NCBI GenBank assembly: GCA_964016885.1 | Contig: OZ024741.1 | Span: 173,972,001 to 174,036,000 of the forward strand | Origin: Eledone cirrhosa | Taxonomy: Eukaryota | Direction of reading: 5' to 3' | Length of the DNA stretch: 64,000 nt | Shown: one piece after another, positions 39,187-51,757 of the stretch | Layout of the letters: each line of letters starts with the position of its first letter | Position numbering within the stretch: position 1 is the stretch's first letter | Notes under the pieces: model-generated | Seen by the model: the letters and a program-made list of their open reading frames with translations, nothing else | Databases searched by the model: none | What the model was told of the DNA's origin: nothing | Made by a program: the position numbers and the translations under genes

Positions 39187-42100
39187 TTTGTACTCAGTCA
39201 CACTACTTTATAACTATGTTCTACCTGTCTTGGTGTATGTGTACTTAATGACACTACTTTATAACTATTTTCTACCTGTCTTGGTGTATGTGTACTTAAT
39301 GACACTACTTTATAACTATGTTCTACCTGTCTTGGTGTATTTGTACTTAATGACACTACTTTATAACTATGTTCTACCTGTCTTGGTGTATGTGTACTTA
39401 ATGACACTACTTTATAACTATGTTCTACCTGTCTTGGTGTATGTGTACTTAATGACACTACTTTATAACTATGTTCTACCTGTCTTGGTGTATTTGTACT
39501 TAATGACACTACTTTATAACTATGTTCTACCTGTCTTGGTGTATGTGTACTTAATGACACTACTTTATAACTATGTTCTACCTGTCTTGGTGTATTTGTA
39601 CTTAATGACACTACTTTATAACTATGTTCTACCTGTCTTGGTGTATGTGTACTTAATGACACTACTTTATAACTATGTTCTACCTGTCTTGGTGTATGTG
39701 TACTTAATGACACTACTTTATAACTATGTTCTACCTGTCTTGGTGTATTTGTACTTAATGACACTACTTTATAACTATGTTCTACCTATCTTGGTGTATG
39801 TGTACTTAATGACACTACTTTATAACTATGTTCTACCTGTCTTGGTGTATGTGTACTTAATGACACAACTTTATAACTATGTTCTACCTGTCTTGGTGTA
39901 TGTGTACTTAATGACACTACTTTATAACTATGTTCTACCTGTCTTGGTGTATTTGTACTTAATGACACTACTTTATAACTATGTTCTACCTGTCTTGGTG
40001 TATGTGTACTTAATGACACTACTTTATAACTATGTTCTACCTGTCTTGGTGTATGTGTACTTAATGACACTACTTTATAACTATGTTCTACCTGTCTTGG
40101 TGTATTTGTACTTAATGACACTACTTTATAACTATGTTCTACCTGTCTTGGTGTATGTGTACTTAATGACACTACTTTATAACTATGTTCTACCTGTCTT
40201 GGTGTATTGGTACTTAATGACACTACTTTATAACTATGTTCTACCTGTCTTGGTGTATGTGTACTTAATGACACTACTTTATAACTATGTTCTACCTGTC
40301 TTGGTGTATTTGTACTTAATGACACTACTTTATAACTATGTTCTACCTGTCTTGGTGTATGTGTACTTAATGACACTACTTTATAACTATGTTCTACCTG
40401 TCTTGGTGTATGTGTACTTAATGACACTACTTTATAACTATGTTCTACCTGTCTTGGTGTATTTGTACTTAATGACACTACTTTATAACTATGTTCTACC
40501 TGTCTTGGTGTATGTGTACTTAATGACACTACTTTATAACTATGTTCTACCTGTCTTGGTGTATGTGTACTTAATGACACTACTTTATAACTATGTTCTA
40601 CCTGTCTTGGTGTATGTGTACTTAATGACACAACTTTATAACTATGTTCTACCTGTCTTGGTGTATGTGTACTTAATGACACTACTTTATAACTATGTTC
40701 TACCTGTCTTGGTGTATGTGTACTTAATGACACAACTTTATAACTATGTTCTACCTGTCTTGGTGTAAGTGTACTTAATGACACTACTTTATAACTATGT
40801 TCTACCTGTCTTGGTGTATGTGTACTTAATGACACTACTTTATAACTATGTTCTACCTGTCTTGGTGTATGTGTACTTAATGACACTACTTTATAACTAT
40901 GTTCTACCTGTCTTGGTGTATGTGTACTTAATGACACTACTTTATAACTATGTTCTACCTGTCTTGGTGTATGTGTACTTAATGACACTACTTTATAACT
41001 ATGTTCTACCTGTCTTGGTGTATGTGTACTTAATGACACAACTTTATAACTATGTTCTACCTGTCTTGGTGTATGTGTACTTAATGACACTACTTTATAA
41101 CTATGTTCTACCTGTCTTGGTGTATGTGTACTTAATGACACTACTTTATAACTATGTTCTACCTGTCTTGGTGTATTTGTACTTAATGACACTACTTTAT
41201 AACTATGTTCTACCTGTCTTGGTGTATGTGTACTTAATGACACTACTTTATAACTATGTTCTACCTGTCTTGGTGTATGTGTACTTAATGACACTACTTT
41301 ATAACTATGTTCTACCTGTCTTGGTGTATTTGTACTTAATGACACTACTTTATAACTATGTTCTACCTGTCTTGGTGTATGTGTACTTAATGACACTACT
41401 TTATAACTATGTTCTACCTGTCTTGGTGTATGTGTACTTAATGACACTACTTTATAACTATGTTCTACCTGTCATGGTGTATTTGTACTTAATGACACTA
41501 CTTTATAACTATGTTCTACCTGTCTTGGTGTATGTGTACTTAATGACACTACTTTATAACTATGTTCTACCTGTCTTGGTGTATGTGTACTTAATGACAC
41601 TACTTTATAACTATGTTCTACCTGTCTTGGTGTATTTGTACTTAATGACACTACTTTATAACTATGTTCTACCTGTCTTGGTGTATGTGTACTTAATGAC
41701 ACTACTTTATAACTATGTTCTACCTGTCTTGGTGTATGTGTACTTAATGACACTACTTTATAACTATGTTCTACCTGTCTTGGTGTATTTGTACTTAATG
41801 ACACTACTTTATAACTATGTTCTACCTGTCTTGGTGTATGTGTACTTAATGACACTACTTTATAACTATGTTCTACCTGTCTTGGTGTATGTGTACTTAA
41901 TGACACTACTTTATAACTATGTTCTACCTGTCTTGGTGTATGTGTACTTAATGACACAACTTTATAACTATGTTCTACCTGTCTTGGTGTATGTGTACTT
42001 AATGACACTACTTTATAACTATGTTCTACCTGTCTTGGTGTATTTGTACTTAATGACACTACTTTATAACTATGTTCTACCTGTCTTGGTGTATGTGTAC

Positions 42101-45100
42101 TTAATGACACTACTTTATAACTATGTTCTACCTGTCTTGGTGTATGTGCACTTAATGACACTACTTTATAACTATGTTCTACCTGTCTTGGTGTATGTGT
42201 ACTTAATGACACAACTTTATAACTATGTTCTACCTGTCTTGGTGTATGTGTACTTAATGACACTACTTTATAACTATGTTCTACCTGTCTTGGTGTATGT
42301 GTACTTAATGACACAACTTTATAACTATGTTCTACCTGTCTTGGTGTATGTGTACTTAATGACACTACTTTATAACTATGTTCTACCTGTCTTGGTGTAT
42401 GTGTACTTAATGACACTACTTTATAACTATGTTCTACCTGTCTTGGTGTATGTGTACTTAATGACACTACTTTATAACTATGTTCTACCTGTCTTGGTGT
42501 ATGTGTACTTAATGACACTACTTTATAACTATGTTCTACCTGTCTTGGTGTATGTGTACTTAATGACACTACTTTATAACTATGTTCTACCTGTCTTGGT
42601 GTATGTGTACTTAATGACACAACTTTATAACTATGTTCTACCTGTCTTGGTGTATGTGTACTTAATGACACTACTTTATAACTATGTTCTACCTGTCTTG
42701 GTGTATGTGTACTTAATGACACAACTTTATAACTATGTTCTACCTGTCTTGGTGTATGTGTACTTAATGACACTACTTTATAACTATGTTCTACCTGTCT
42801 TGGTGTATTTGTACTTAATGACACTACTTTATAACTATGTTCTACCTGTCTTGGTGTATGTGTACTTAATGACACTACTTTATAACTATGTTCTACCTGT
42901 CTTGGTGTATGTGTACTTAATGACACTACTTTATAACTATGTTCTACCTGTCTTGGTGTATTTGTACTTAATGACACTACTTTATAACTATGTTCTACCT
43001 GTCTTGGTGTATGTGTACTTAATGACACTACTTTATAACTATGTTCTACCTGTCTTGGTGTATGTGTACTTAATGACACTACTTTATAACTATGTTCTAC
43101 CTGTCTTGGTGTATGTGTACTTAATGACACAACTTTATAACTATGTTCTACCTGTCTTGGTGTATGTGTACTTATGACACTACTTTATAACTATGTTCTA
43201 CCTGTCTTGGTGTATGTGTACTTAATGACACAACTTTATAACTATGTTCTACCTGTCTTGGTGTATGTGTACTTAATGACACTACTTTATAACTATGTTC
43301 TACCTGTCTTGGTGTATGTGTACTTAATGACACTACTTTATAACTATGTTCTACCTGTCTTGGTGTATGTGTACTTAATGACACTACTTTATAACTATGT
43401 TCTACCTGTCTTGGTGTATGTGTACTTAATGACACTACTTTATAACTATATTCTACCTGTCTTGGTGTATGTGTACTTAATGACACTACTTTATAACTAT
43501 GTTCTACCTGTCTTGGTGTATGTGTACTTAATGACACAACTTTATAAATATGTTCTACCTGTCTTGGTGTATGTGTACTTAATGACACTACTTTATAACT
43601 ATGTTCTACCTGTCTTGGTGTATGTGTACTTAATGACACAACTTTATAACTATGTTCTACCTGTCTTGGTGTATGTGTACTTAATGACACTACTTTATAA
43701 CTATGTTCTACCTGTCTTGGTGTATGTGTACTTAATGACACTACTTTATAACTATGTTCTACCTGTCTTGGTGTATGTGTACTTAATGACACTACTTTAT
43801 AACTATGTTCTACCTGTCATGGTGTATTTGTACTTAATGACACTACTTTATAACTATGTTCTACCTGTCTTGGTGTATGTGTACTTAATGACACTACTTT
43901 ATAACTATGTTCTACCTGTCTTGGTGTATGTGTACTTAATGACACTACTTTATAACTATGTTCTACCTGTCTTGGTGTATTTGTACTTAATGACACTACT
44001 TTATAACTATGTTCTACCTGTCTTGGTGTATGTGTACTTAATGACCCTACTTTATAACTATGTTCTACCTGTCTTGGTGTATGTGTACTTAATGACACTA
44101 CTTTATAACTATGTTCTACCTGTCTTGGTGTATTTGTACTTAATGACACTACTTTATAACTATGTTCTACCTGTCTTGGTGTATGTGTACTTAATGACAC
44201 TACTTTATAACTATGTTCTACCTGTCTTGGTGTATGTGTACTTAATGACACTACTTTATAACTATGTTCTACCTGTCTTGGTGTATGTGTACTTAATGAC
44301 ACTACTTTATAACTATGTTCTACCTGTCTTGGTGTATGTGTACTTAATGACACTACTTTATAACTATGTTCTACCTGTCTTGGTGTATGTGTACTTAATG
44401 ACACTACTTTATAACTATGTTCTACCTGTCTTGGTGTATGTGTACTTAATGACACTACTTTATAACTATGTTCTACCTGTCTTGGTGTATGTGTACTTAA
44501 TGACACAACTTTATAACTATGTTCTACCTGTCTTGGTGTATGTGTACTTAATGACACTACTTTATAACTATGTTCTACCTGTCTTGGTGTATGTGTACTT
44601 AATGACACAACTTTATAACTATGTTCTACCTGTCTTGGTGTATGTGTACTTAATGACACTACTTTATAACTATGTTCTACCTGTCTTGGTGTATTTGTAC
44701 TTAATGACACTACTTTATAACTATGTTCTGCCTGTCTTGGTGTATGTGTACTTAATGACACTACTTTATAACTATGTTCTACCTGTCTTGGTGTATGTGT
44801 ACTTAATGACACTACTTTATAACTATGTTCTACCTGTCTTGGTGTATTTGTACTTAATGACACTACTTTATAACTATGTTCTACCTGTCTTGGTGTATGT
44901 GTACTTAATGACACTACTTTATAACTATGTTCTACCTGTCTTGGTGTATGTGTACTTAATGACACTACTTTATAACTATGTTCTACCTGTCTTGGTGTAT
45001 GTGTACTTAATGACACAACTTTATAACTATGTTCTACCTGTCTTGGTGTATGTGTACTTAATGAGACTACTTTATAACTATGTTCTACCTGTCTTGGTGT

Positions 45101-46890
45101 ATGTGTACTTAATGACACAACTTTATAACTATGTTCTACCTGTCTTGGTGTATGTGTACTTAATGACACTACTTTATAACTATGTTCTACCTGTCTTGGT
45201 GTATGTGTACTTAATGACACTACTTTATAACTATGTTCTACCTGTCTTGGTGTATGTGTACTTAATGACACTACTTTATAACTATGTTCTACCTGTCTTG
45301 GTGTATGTGTACTTAATGACACTACTTTATAACTATGTTCTACCTGTCTTGGTGTATGTGTACTTAATGACACTACTTTATAACTATGTTCTACCTGTCT
45401 TGGTGTATGTGTACTTAATGACACAACTTTATAACTATGTTCTACCTGTCTTGGTGTATGTGTACTTAATGACACTACTTTATAACTATGTTCTACCTGT
45501 CATGGTGTATTTGTACTTAATGACACTACTTTATAACTATGTTCTACCTGTCTTGGTGTATGTGTACTTAATGACACTACTTTATAACTATGTTCTACCT
45601 GTCTTGGTGTATGTGTACTTAATGACACTACTTTATAACTATGTTCTACCTGTCTTGGTGTATTTGTACTTAATGACACTACTTTATAACTATGTTCTAC
45701 CTGTCTTGGTGTATGTGTACTTAATGACCCTACTTTATAACTATGTTCTACCTGTCTTGGTGTATGTGTACTTAATGACACTACTTTATAACTATGTTCT
45801 ACCTGTCTTGGTGTATTTGTACTTAATGACACTACTTTATAACTATGTTCTACCTGTCTTGGTGTATGTGTACTTAATGACACTACTTTATAACTATGTT
45901 CTACCTGTCTTGGTGTATGTGTACTTAATGACACTACTTTATAACTATGTTCTACCTGTCTTGGTGTATTTGTACTTAATGACACTACTTTATAACTATG
46001 TTCTACCTGTCTTGGTGTATGTGTACTTAATGACACTACTTTATAACTATGTTCTACCTGTCTTGGTGTATGTGTACTTAATGACACTACTTTATAACTA
46101 TGTTCTACCTGTCTTGGTGTATGTGTACTTAATGACACAACTTTATAACTATGTTCTACCTGTCTTGGTGTATGTGTACTTAATGACACTACTTTATAAC
46201 TATGTTCTACCTGTCTTGGTGTATGTGTACTTAATGACACTACTTTATAACTATGTTCTACCTGTCTTGGTGTATGTGTACTTAATGACACTACTTTATA
46301 ACTATGTTCTACCTGTCTTGGTGTATGTGTACTTAATGACACAACTTTATAACTATGTTCTACCTGTCTTGGTGTATGTGTACTTAATGACACAACTTTA
46401 TAACTATGTTCTACCTGTCTTGGTGTATGTGTACTTAATGACACTACTTTATAACTATGTTCTACCTGTCTTGGTGTATGTGTACTTAATGACACTACTT
46501 TATAACTATGTTCTACCTGTCTTGGTGTATGTGTACTTAATGACACAACTTTATAACTATGTTCTACCTGTCTTGGTGTATGTGTACTTAATGACACTAC
46601 TTTATAACTATGTTCTACCTGTCTTGGTGTATGTGTACTTAATGACACTACTTTATAACTATGTTCTACCTGTCTTGGTGTATGTGTACTTAATGACACT
46701 ACTTTATAACTATGTTCTACCTGTCTTGGTGTATGTGTACTTAATGACACTACTTTATAACTATGTTCTACCTGTCTTGGTGTATGTGTACTTAATGACA
46801 CTACTTTATAACTATGTTCTACCTGTCTTGGTGTATGTGTACTTAATGACACTACTTTATAACTATGTTCTACCTGTCTTGGTGTATGTG
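39187..46890. repeat. 51-bp satellite, ~151 copies, abutting a SPEF2 3' splice site
   Basis: Unit GTACTTAATGACACTACTTTATAACTATGTTCTACCTGTCTTGGTGTATGT; the last unit runs into CAG at 46891-46893. Confidence 0.99.
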
Positions 46891-46893
46891 CAG

Positions 46894-47059
46894 CCTGTTG
46901 CCCCAGAAACTAATGAGAGAATGGAGGACATTGTTTATCAAAGGGAAGCCATTATATGAAGAATCTCTTGACAAAGATTCTCCAACAACAGAAGAGAATT
47001 TGGAAATAGAAGAGATAAAACAGATATTGTTGGATGAAGAAGATTTTCGGGAGTACAAG
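46894..47059 (+). CDS. SPEF2: SPEF2 internal exon (LLPQKLMREWRTLFIKGKPLYEE...LLDEEDFREYK)
   Basis: CAG/GT, 166 bp, phase 2 to 0; matches LIPYKLMHDWKELFFNAKPIYE...LLDTNDYEEYK. Confidence 0.93.
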
Positions 47060-47094
47060 GTTTGCCCTTTTTTAAGAAATATATACACTCTCCA

Positions 47095-47420
47095 GTATCT
47101 GGCCTACACACACACTGTCTCACCCCTCTGCCTCTTTTACTGTTCTACAATGGTCTCTTCTACTCTGAGTTTGCTGGAATCATGCCATCTTCACTCAGGC
47201 ACTCCCAAATAACTCACTCATCTCTCCTTCTCATCATGCATGTTATGTCCAACCTCCCCAGATTCTGCCCTAACCACTATACCCAGTCCTTCCTCCCAAA
47301 AATGCCAGCCCTCTGGAACTCTCTTCCTGCTCATGTCTTTCTTAAAGGAGTGGATCTGTAACAATTTAAACAGAAGAACATCAACAATATTGACCTCTCT
47401 GGTCTCAGAAGCCCTGTAAA
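47095..47420 (+). mobile_element. CR1/Jockey-group LINE 3' fragment
   Basis: LCLFY...YNGL..SE...YTQSFLP...LWNSLPAHVF...L-QFK C-terminal pattern. Confidence 0.7.
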
Positions 47421-47786
47421 AATCATGGGCACTTCCCCTTTCCTCCAGACCTACAAAGTGAAGTAATCTATATTTACTAAACTAGCATGCAACTCATGAG
47501 TAAGATGGTTGAAAATTGCACTTGTGAAAGAAAATATTTTTTTTTTAAATTAGAAATACATTATTTTCAATCAGTTGTTTTCTATTAGTTGCCATATAGA
47601 AAATTAAGTTTATATACTTGGATGTGAGGGTAAAGTACAGGATTACTCACCACATTTTAATGGATTGAAATATTATTATTATAGCCATTTTGTTGTGACC
47701 CTTCAGCATGACACAAAACTCTGCTCTAATTTGTCTAAATAAAAATTTTAAAAAAAATCCCTAAATTGGGTTCACTTACAGTTTAA

Positions 47787-48342
47787 CCCTTTCATTAACA
47801 TATTTGTAAGAAGTTACACTGCCTATGTTTTTCAATTTGAAGGAATTTAGCAAAATAGTTTTCTTTTATTTGTAAAATGGAAAGTTTTCGATATAAATAA
47901 GAAAACTTAAATTGGACATTTTTGCATCATAGAGCCAAGTACTTCTATTGGGGTGGAGTTGGCCACAAATGGGAGTGAGCCCCATGATTTGGAATAACTA
48001 TTTCAATGCATCTTCCTTGCTATCCACTAGGGTAACACTTTCTCCAGTTTTTCCACTGGGACCATGAGGCAGATTGCATCTGGAATTCTGCATGCCAAAG
48101 AGCATTCTCCCACACTGTCTGGGATTGTATCATTGAAACAGTGATGGTATAGGTTGATGACATTTATGACATCGGCTGGCACACACACATACTAAATTCA
48201 TTGTTACTAAGCTGGTGTTTGGAACATATATTCTGAGATAAAATTATGATGAGCAGTTTTAATGTAAATATGAACATTTTAAAATGGATGGTTTTATATA
48301 ATAAAACTTGAGGCAGTCTTAAGTGGGTTCATATCAAAAAGG
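47787..48342. mobile_element. piggyBac-like MITE with TTAA flanks
   Basis: TTAA|CCCTTTCAT ... ATCAAAAAGG|TTAA; related termini at ~16953, ~17273 and ~17885-17955. Confidence 0.55.
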
Positions 48343-48887
48343 TTAAAGTTGGGTAGTTAGCAATAAAATGGGTATTTAGCGATAAAAACAATTACTACAA
48401 CAAACAGATAAAGCATTTGGTTGGCAAAGTACCAGCAAGTGTTTTTATTGATTATATTTTAATAGCATCAATTTCTATGACAGATCTTTTTCATAAACTA
48501 GAAGTACTGTCAGTTTTGAAAACCAATGGGTTTATATTTAACAGAGAAAAATGTAATTTTTTTCATTTGAGAAATCAATTAATCTGAGTGTCATATCTTC
48601 GGACAGCTGTGTCATATTTTTGCTCTAAATAAATAATGAAATAAAGTAAATTATTTTTTGCTAGTTGTAGCTAAAATGATGCTCAGCAACAGCCAGCCAA
48701 ACTAAGTGAGATTCCCTTGCAATAATTAGATAAATCTTACTATTTGGTTTCTTGAAAGTTGCTGTCATTACTAATAACAAACTGTGATAGGACCTGTTTG
48801 TGTATTTGTGCCATGTTGTATAGTGACATTTTAGTGAGGTTGATTAAAATTTGAAATGTTTTTAAGCTGCATGTATGTTATAGTATA

Positions 48888-49075
48888 TAATTGTTTCTAC
48901 TTTTGGCACAAGGCCAGCAATTATCCCAGTGCATTACTAGGTAGTTTATTTTATCGACCCCGTAAGGATGAAAGGTAAAGTTAACCTTGGCAGGATTTGA
49001 ACTCAGAGTGTAAAGGGCTGTGACTCTATGCTGCAAAGCATGGTGTCCGACTCTCTACTGATACAGCCAAAATGT
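48888..49075 (-). mobile_element. tRNA-derived SINE family B
   Basis: Reverse complement of 61658-61842. Confidence 0.8.
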
Positions 49076-50507
49076 CAAATTGGCAGAGTCACTGCTCTTC
49101 AAGTTCAAATACTTCTGAGGTCAACTTGGCTATTCATTCATTCAAGGTTGATAAAAAAATACTAGTCAAGTACTAAGATTGATTCTCCTTCTATATGTTT
49201 TTAATTTAAGACCTAAAAAGGGCTATTATGTCCTAGGGGGGAGGCACAGTGGGTCAAAAAGTGAAATAAGGTGGGAAGGCATAATTTTCCCCAGTTATAA
49301 TGCTAATCTGCAATTTAGCTGATAGGCTGCTATTTTCCCCCATCAAAATGAATGTGCATATGATAGTAAGATATGTGAATTAGTTCAAAATATAGAGGGA
49401 CAAATTTCTTTGATTTCATTTCTATTTTTGGTAAATTCCCTTTTTTCTATTTTAACTTTTAATAAATTTCATTTTTTCCATTTTATTGTATTTTATGAGT
49501 AAATTGCAATAAATTATACTATTCCCACTTTTCTTAAAAAGTGGGAATAGTATAATTTATTGCAATTTTTCTTTTCAACAATATTTCTATTTTTTTTTAT
49601 TTCAGTTATGTGGTTGACCAAAAAATATGTCCTCCTTAAAATTTTTTGTTTATTTAACAATCTGCTCTCTTGACAAATCTATTTCTTCTTATATTATGAA
49701 ACAAACTTCTTCATTCTATTGTGTGTGTAAGTTGTCTGTCATCTCAAGTTCACCCTTCATGCCAATATGAGTTGTTAAATCTACCCCTTCTCACATTATG
49801 AAACAAAAACATTTCCTCATGTTCTGTTGTGTGGGCTGGTTTTCTTATCATCTCAGTCACACCTTCACCATCATAAGTTTTTGAAACAAGCCAATGTAGT
49901 TGTCACTCAAATTTTTTAGATACCTTTTAAATATGTATAAAATTAGAAACATATTTCTACTTTTCAGCTAAAAGTGAAAGTGACTGAAATATCAAAGTAC
50001 CTTTTACTCTTACCTGAGGAGAAATATGGTCAGACCCTGGCTGATCTTAACATTGATTGTCTGTTTGCATTAAGTTTGCAGGTCAAGCTTAATACTGCTT
50101 CTGCTACAACAGTAAGGAATGAGCAAAAGACAGATTAGTCACAAAAATTGTCCTGATGTGGGCCATAGAAAAGTAATTTGTGGACCACATGCCTTACATC
50201 TCTATCAAATTCTCTCACTTCTCTGGAAAAAATCAGCTATGTTCAGACCTGGAGAAGGATGGGCTTTGTCAGGTTTAAAATGTCCAAGACATTTATGTCA
50301 CTACAGTGCACCTATAACTCCATCAAGAGTTACAGGTCCATATATACTTACAGTCTGTGGTAAATGATAACAACACATAAATGAACTACTTAATATGTTC
50401 TTATGTTATTTTTGATAGATAAGACTTGACACTGATTCAGGGATTGTCATTTTGGTTTGATATTTGAATCATCTGATTACTTGGGGTTTTGTCTCAAATC
50501 ATGGGCT

Positions 50508-51082
50508 ATCATCATCATTATCATCATCACCGTTTTACGTCCGTTCTTCCACGCTAGCATGGGTTAGACGGGTTGTCCTGTTGTGGGCAGTGTCTGGTCG
50601 GCTGACCATGCCTTGCTCATACAGGAACTGATTTGGCTTGATTTCTACAGCTGGATGCCCTTCCTAACACCAACCTCATTTACAGTGAGTGCTGGGTGCT
50701 TTTTCATGGCGCCTACACGTCCACTTTACAGTGTGGGCTGGGTGCTTTTTTGCCGTGGCACCTCCATGACCACCTTGCGGTGGGGGGAGTGGGGGCATAT
50801 TGTCTATATGCTTCAGCTTGTACCCATGGGAGGTCGGGTACTCTGTATTACTGCGTGACGCCAGAAGTCACGGTCGTGTGTCATTACTTTTGAGAGGTGT
50901 AATTGGGTAAGGTTGGCTTTTATCACCTCATCCCAGGTCATCTTGGGTCTCCCCACTCCGCGGTTTCCATCAACTTCTAGTGCTCTGCACCTTTTTATGC
51001 AGCTGTCATCCTTCATACGCATCACATGTCCATACCAGCGCAACCGCCTCTCCTGCACACAGCATTTGATTCCTCTTATGCT
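50508..51082 (-). mobile_element. RTE 3' fragment
   Basis: ERRLRWYGHVMRM...GRPKMTW plus 3' UTR and (TGA)n; a shorter near-identical copy lies at 59870-60185. Confidence 0.92.
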
Positions 51083-51239
51083 CCTCTTTTGCTATATTTG
51101 AGCTATTTCATTACTTGGGATTTTGCTACAAATTTTTACTAACAATCAACTTATATTCAAATATTTACAGTATGTGTTGAAATAAAATGTAAAGAATTGT
51201 TCGGGTGTAATGAATCTCCACTATTTTATTGTTTGTCAG

Positions 51240-51347
51240 AATATGGAACATGATTGGATGTTAGAACCTGATAAACCGAAACCTCGACACAATCCTGTTG
51301 TTGGACACATCGTCAATCGTTTATTAACCTTGTTATATCCTCCTTCA
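51240..51347 (+). CDS. SPEF2: SPEF2 internal exon (NMEHDWMLEPDKPKPRHNPVVGHIVNRLLTLLYPPS)
   Basis: tgtcAG/GTAAGT, 108 bp, phase 0/0; matches NMVGEW...NCILGHILHRL. Confidence 0.92.
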
Positions 51348-51714
51348 GTAAGTATTTGTTAGGCTTGTCGTATCCTCTCCAGTAACTATTTAATAAATTT
51401 CTTTGCTCAATGATTTTCCTATTAATTTCATATCTCATCATTTTGTTAACATTATTTCTTTCTCATACTGTGATTAATCACTCTTTAATGATATTAAGTA
51501 AAGAGATCATTTAGATTATTTTTTTCTGAAGCATTGTAGTATTTGGAGGAGTGTGACCCAGTGGTTAGAGTGTTGGACTCACAATCATAAGGTCATTAGT
51601 TTAATTCCTGGACTGGGCAGCACATTGTGTTTTTGAGCAAGAAGCTGTGTTTTCCATTGCTCCTTCTTACAAGATAGTATCAACAGCAAAAGACCAGTGG
51701 AAGAATATATGTAC

Positions 51715-51745
<31 letters not shown>

Positions 51746-51757
51746 TGTACACATATA

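Noticed and set aside
39188-46959. Very long ORFs (up to 1261 aa) of MTLLYNYVLPVLVYVYL / SLSTHTPRQVEHSYKVV repeats
   Set aside because: Artefact of a 51-bp (17-codon) unit without stops; the frame is broken by a stop at 40766 and a 1-bp deletion at ~43174, and the 1261-aa ORF is out of frame with the SPEF2 exon.
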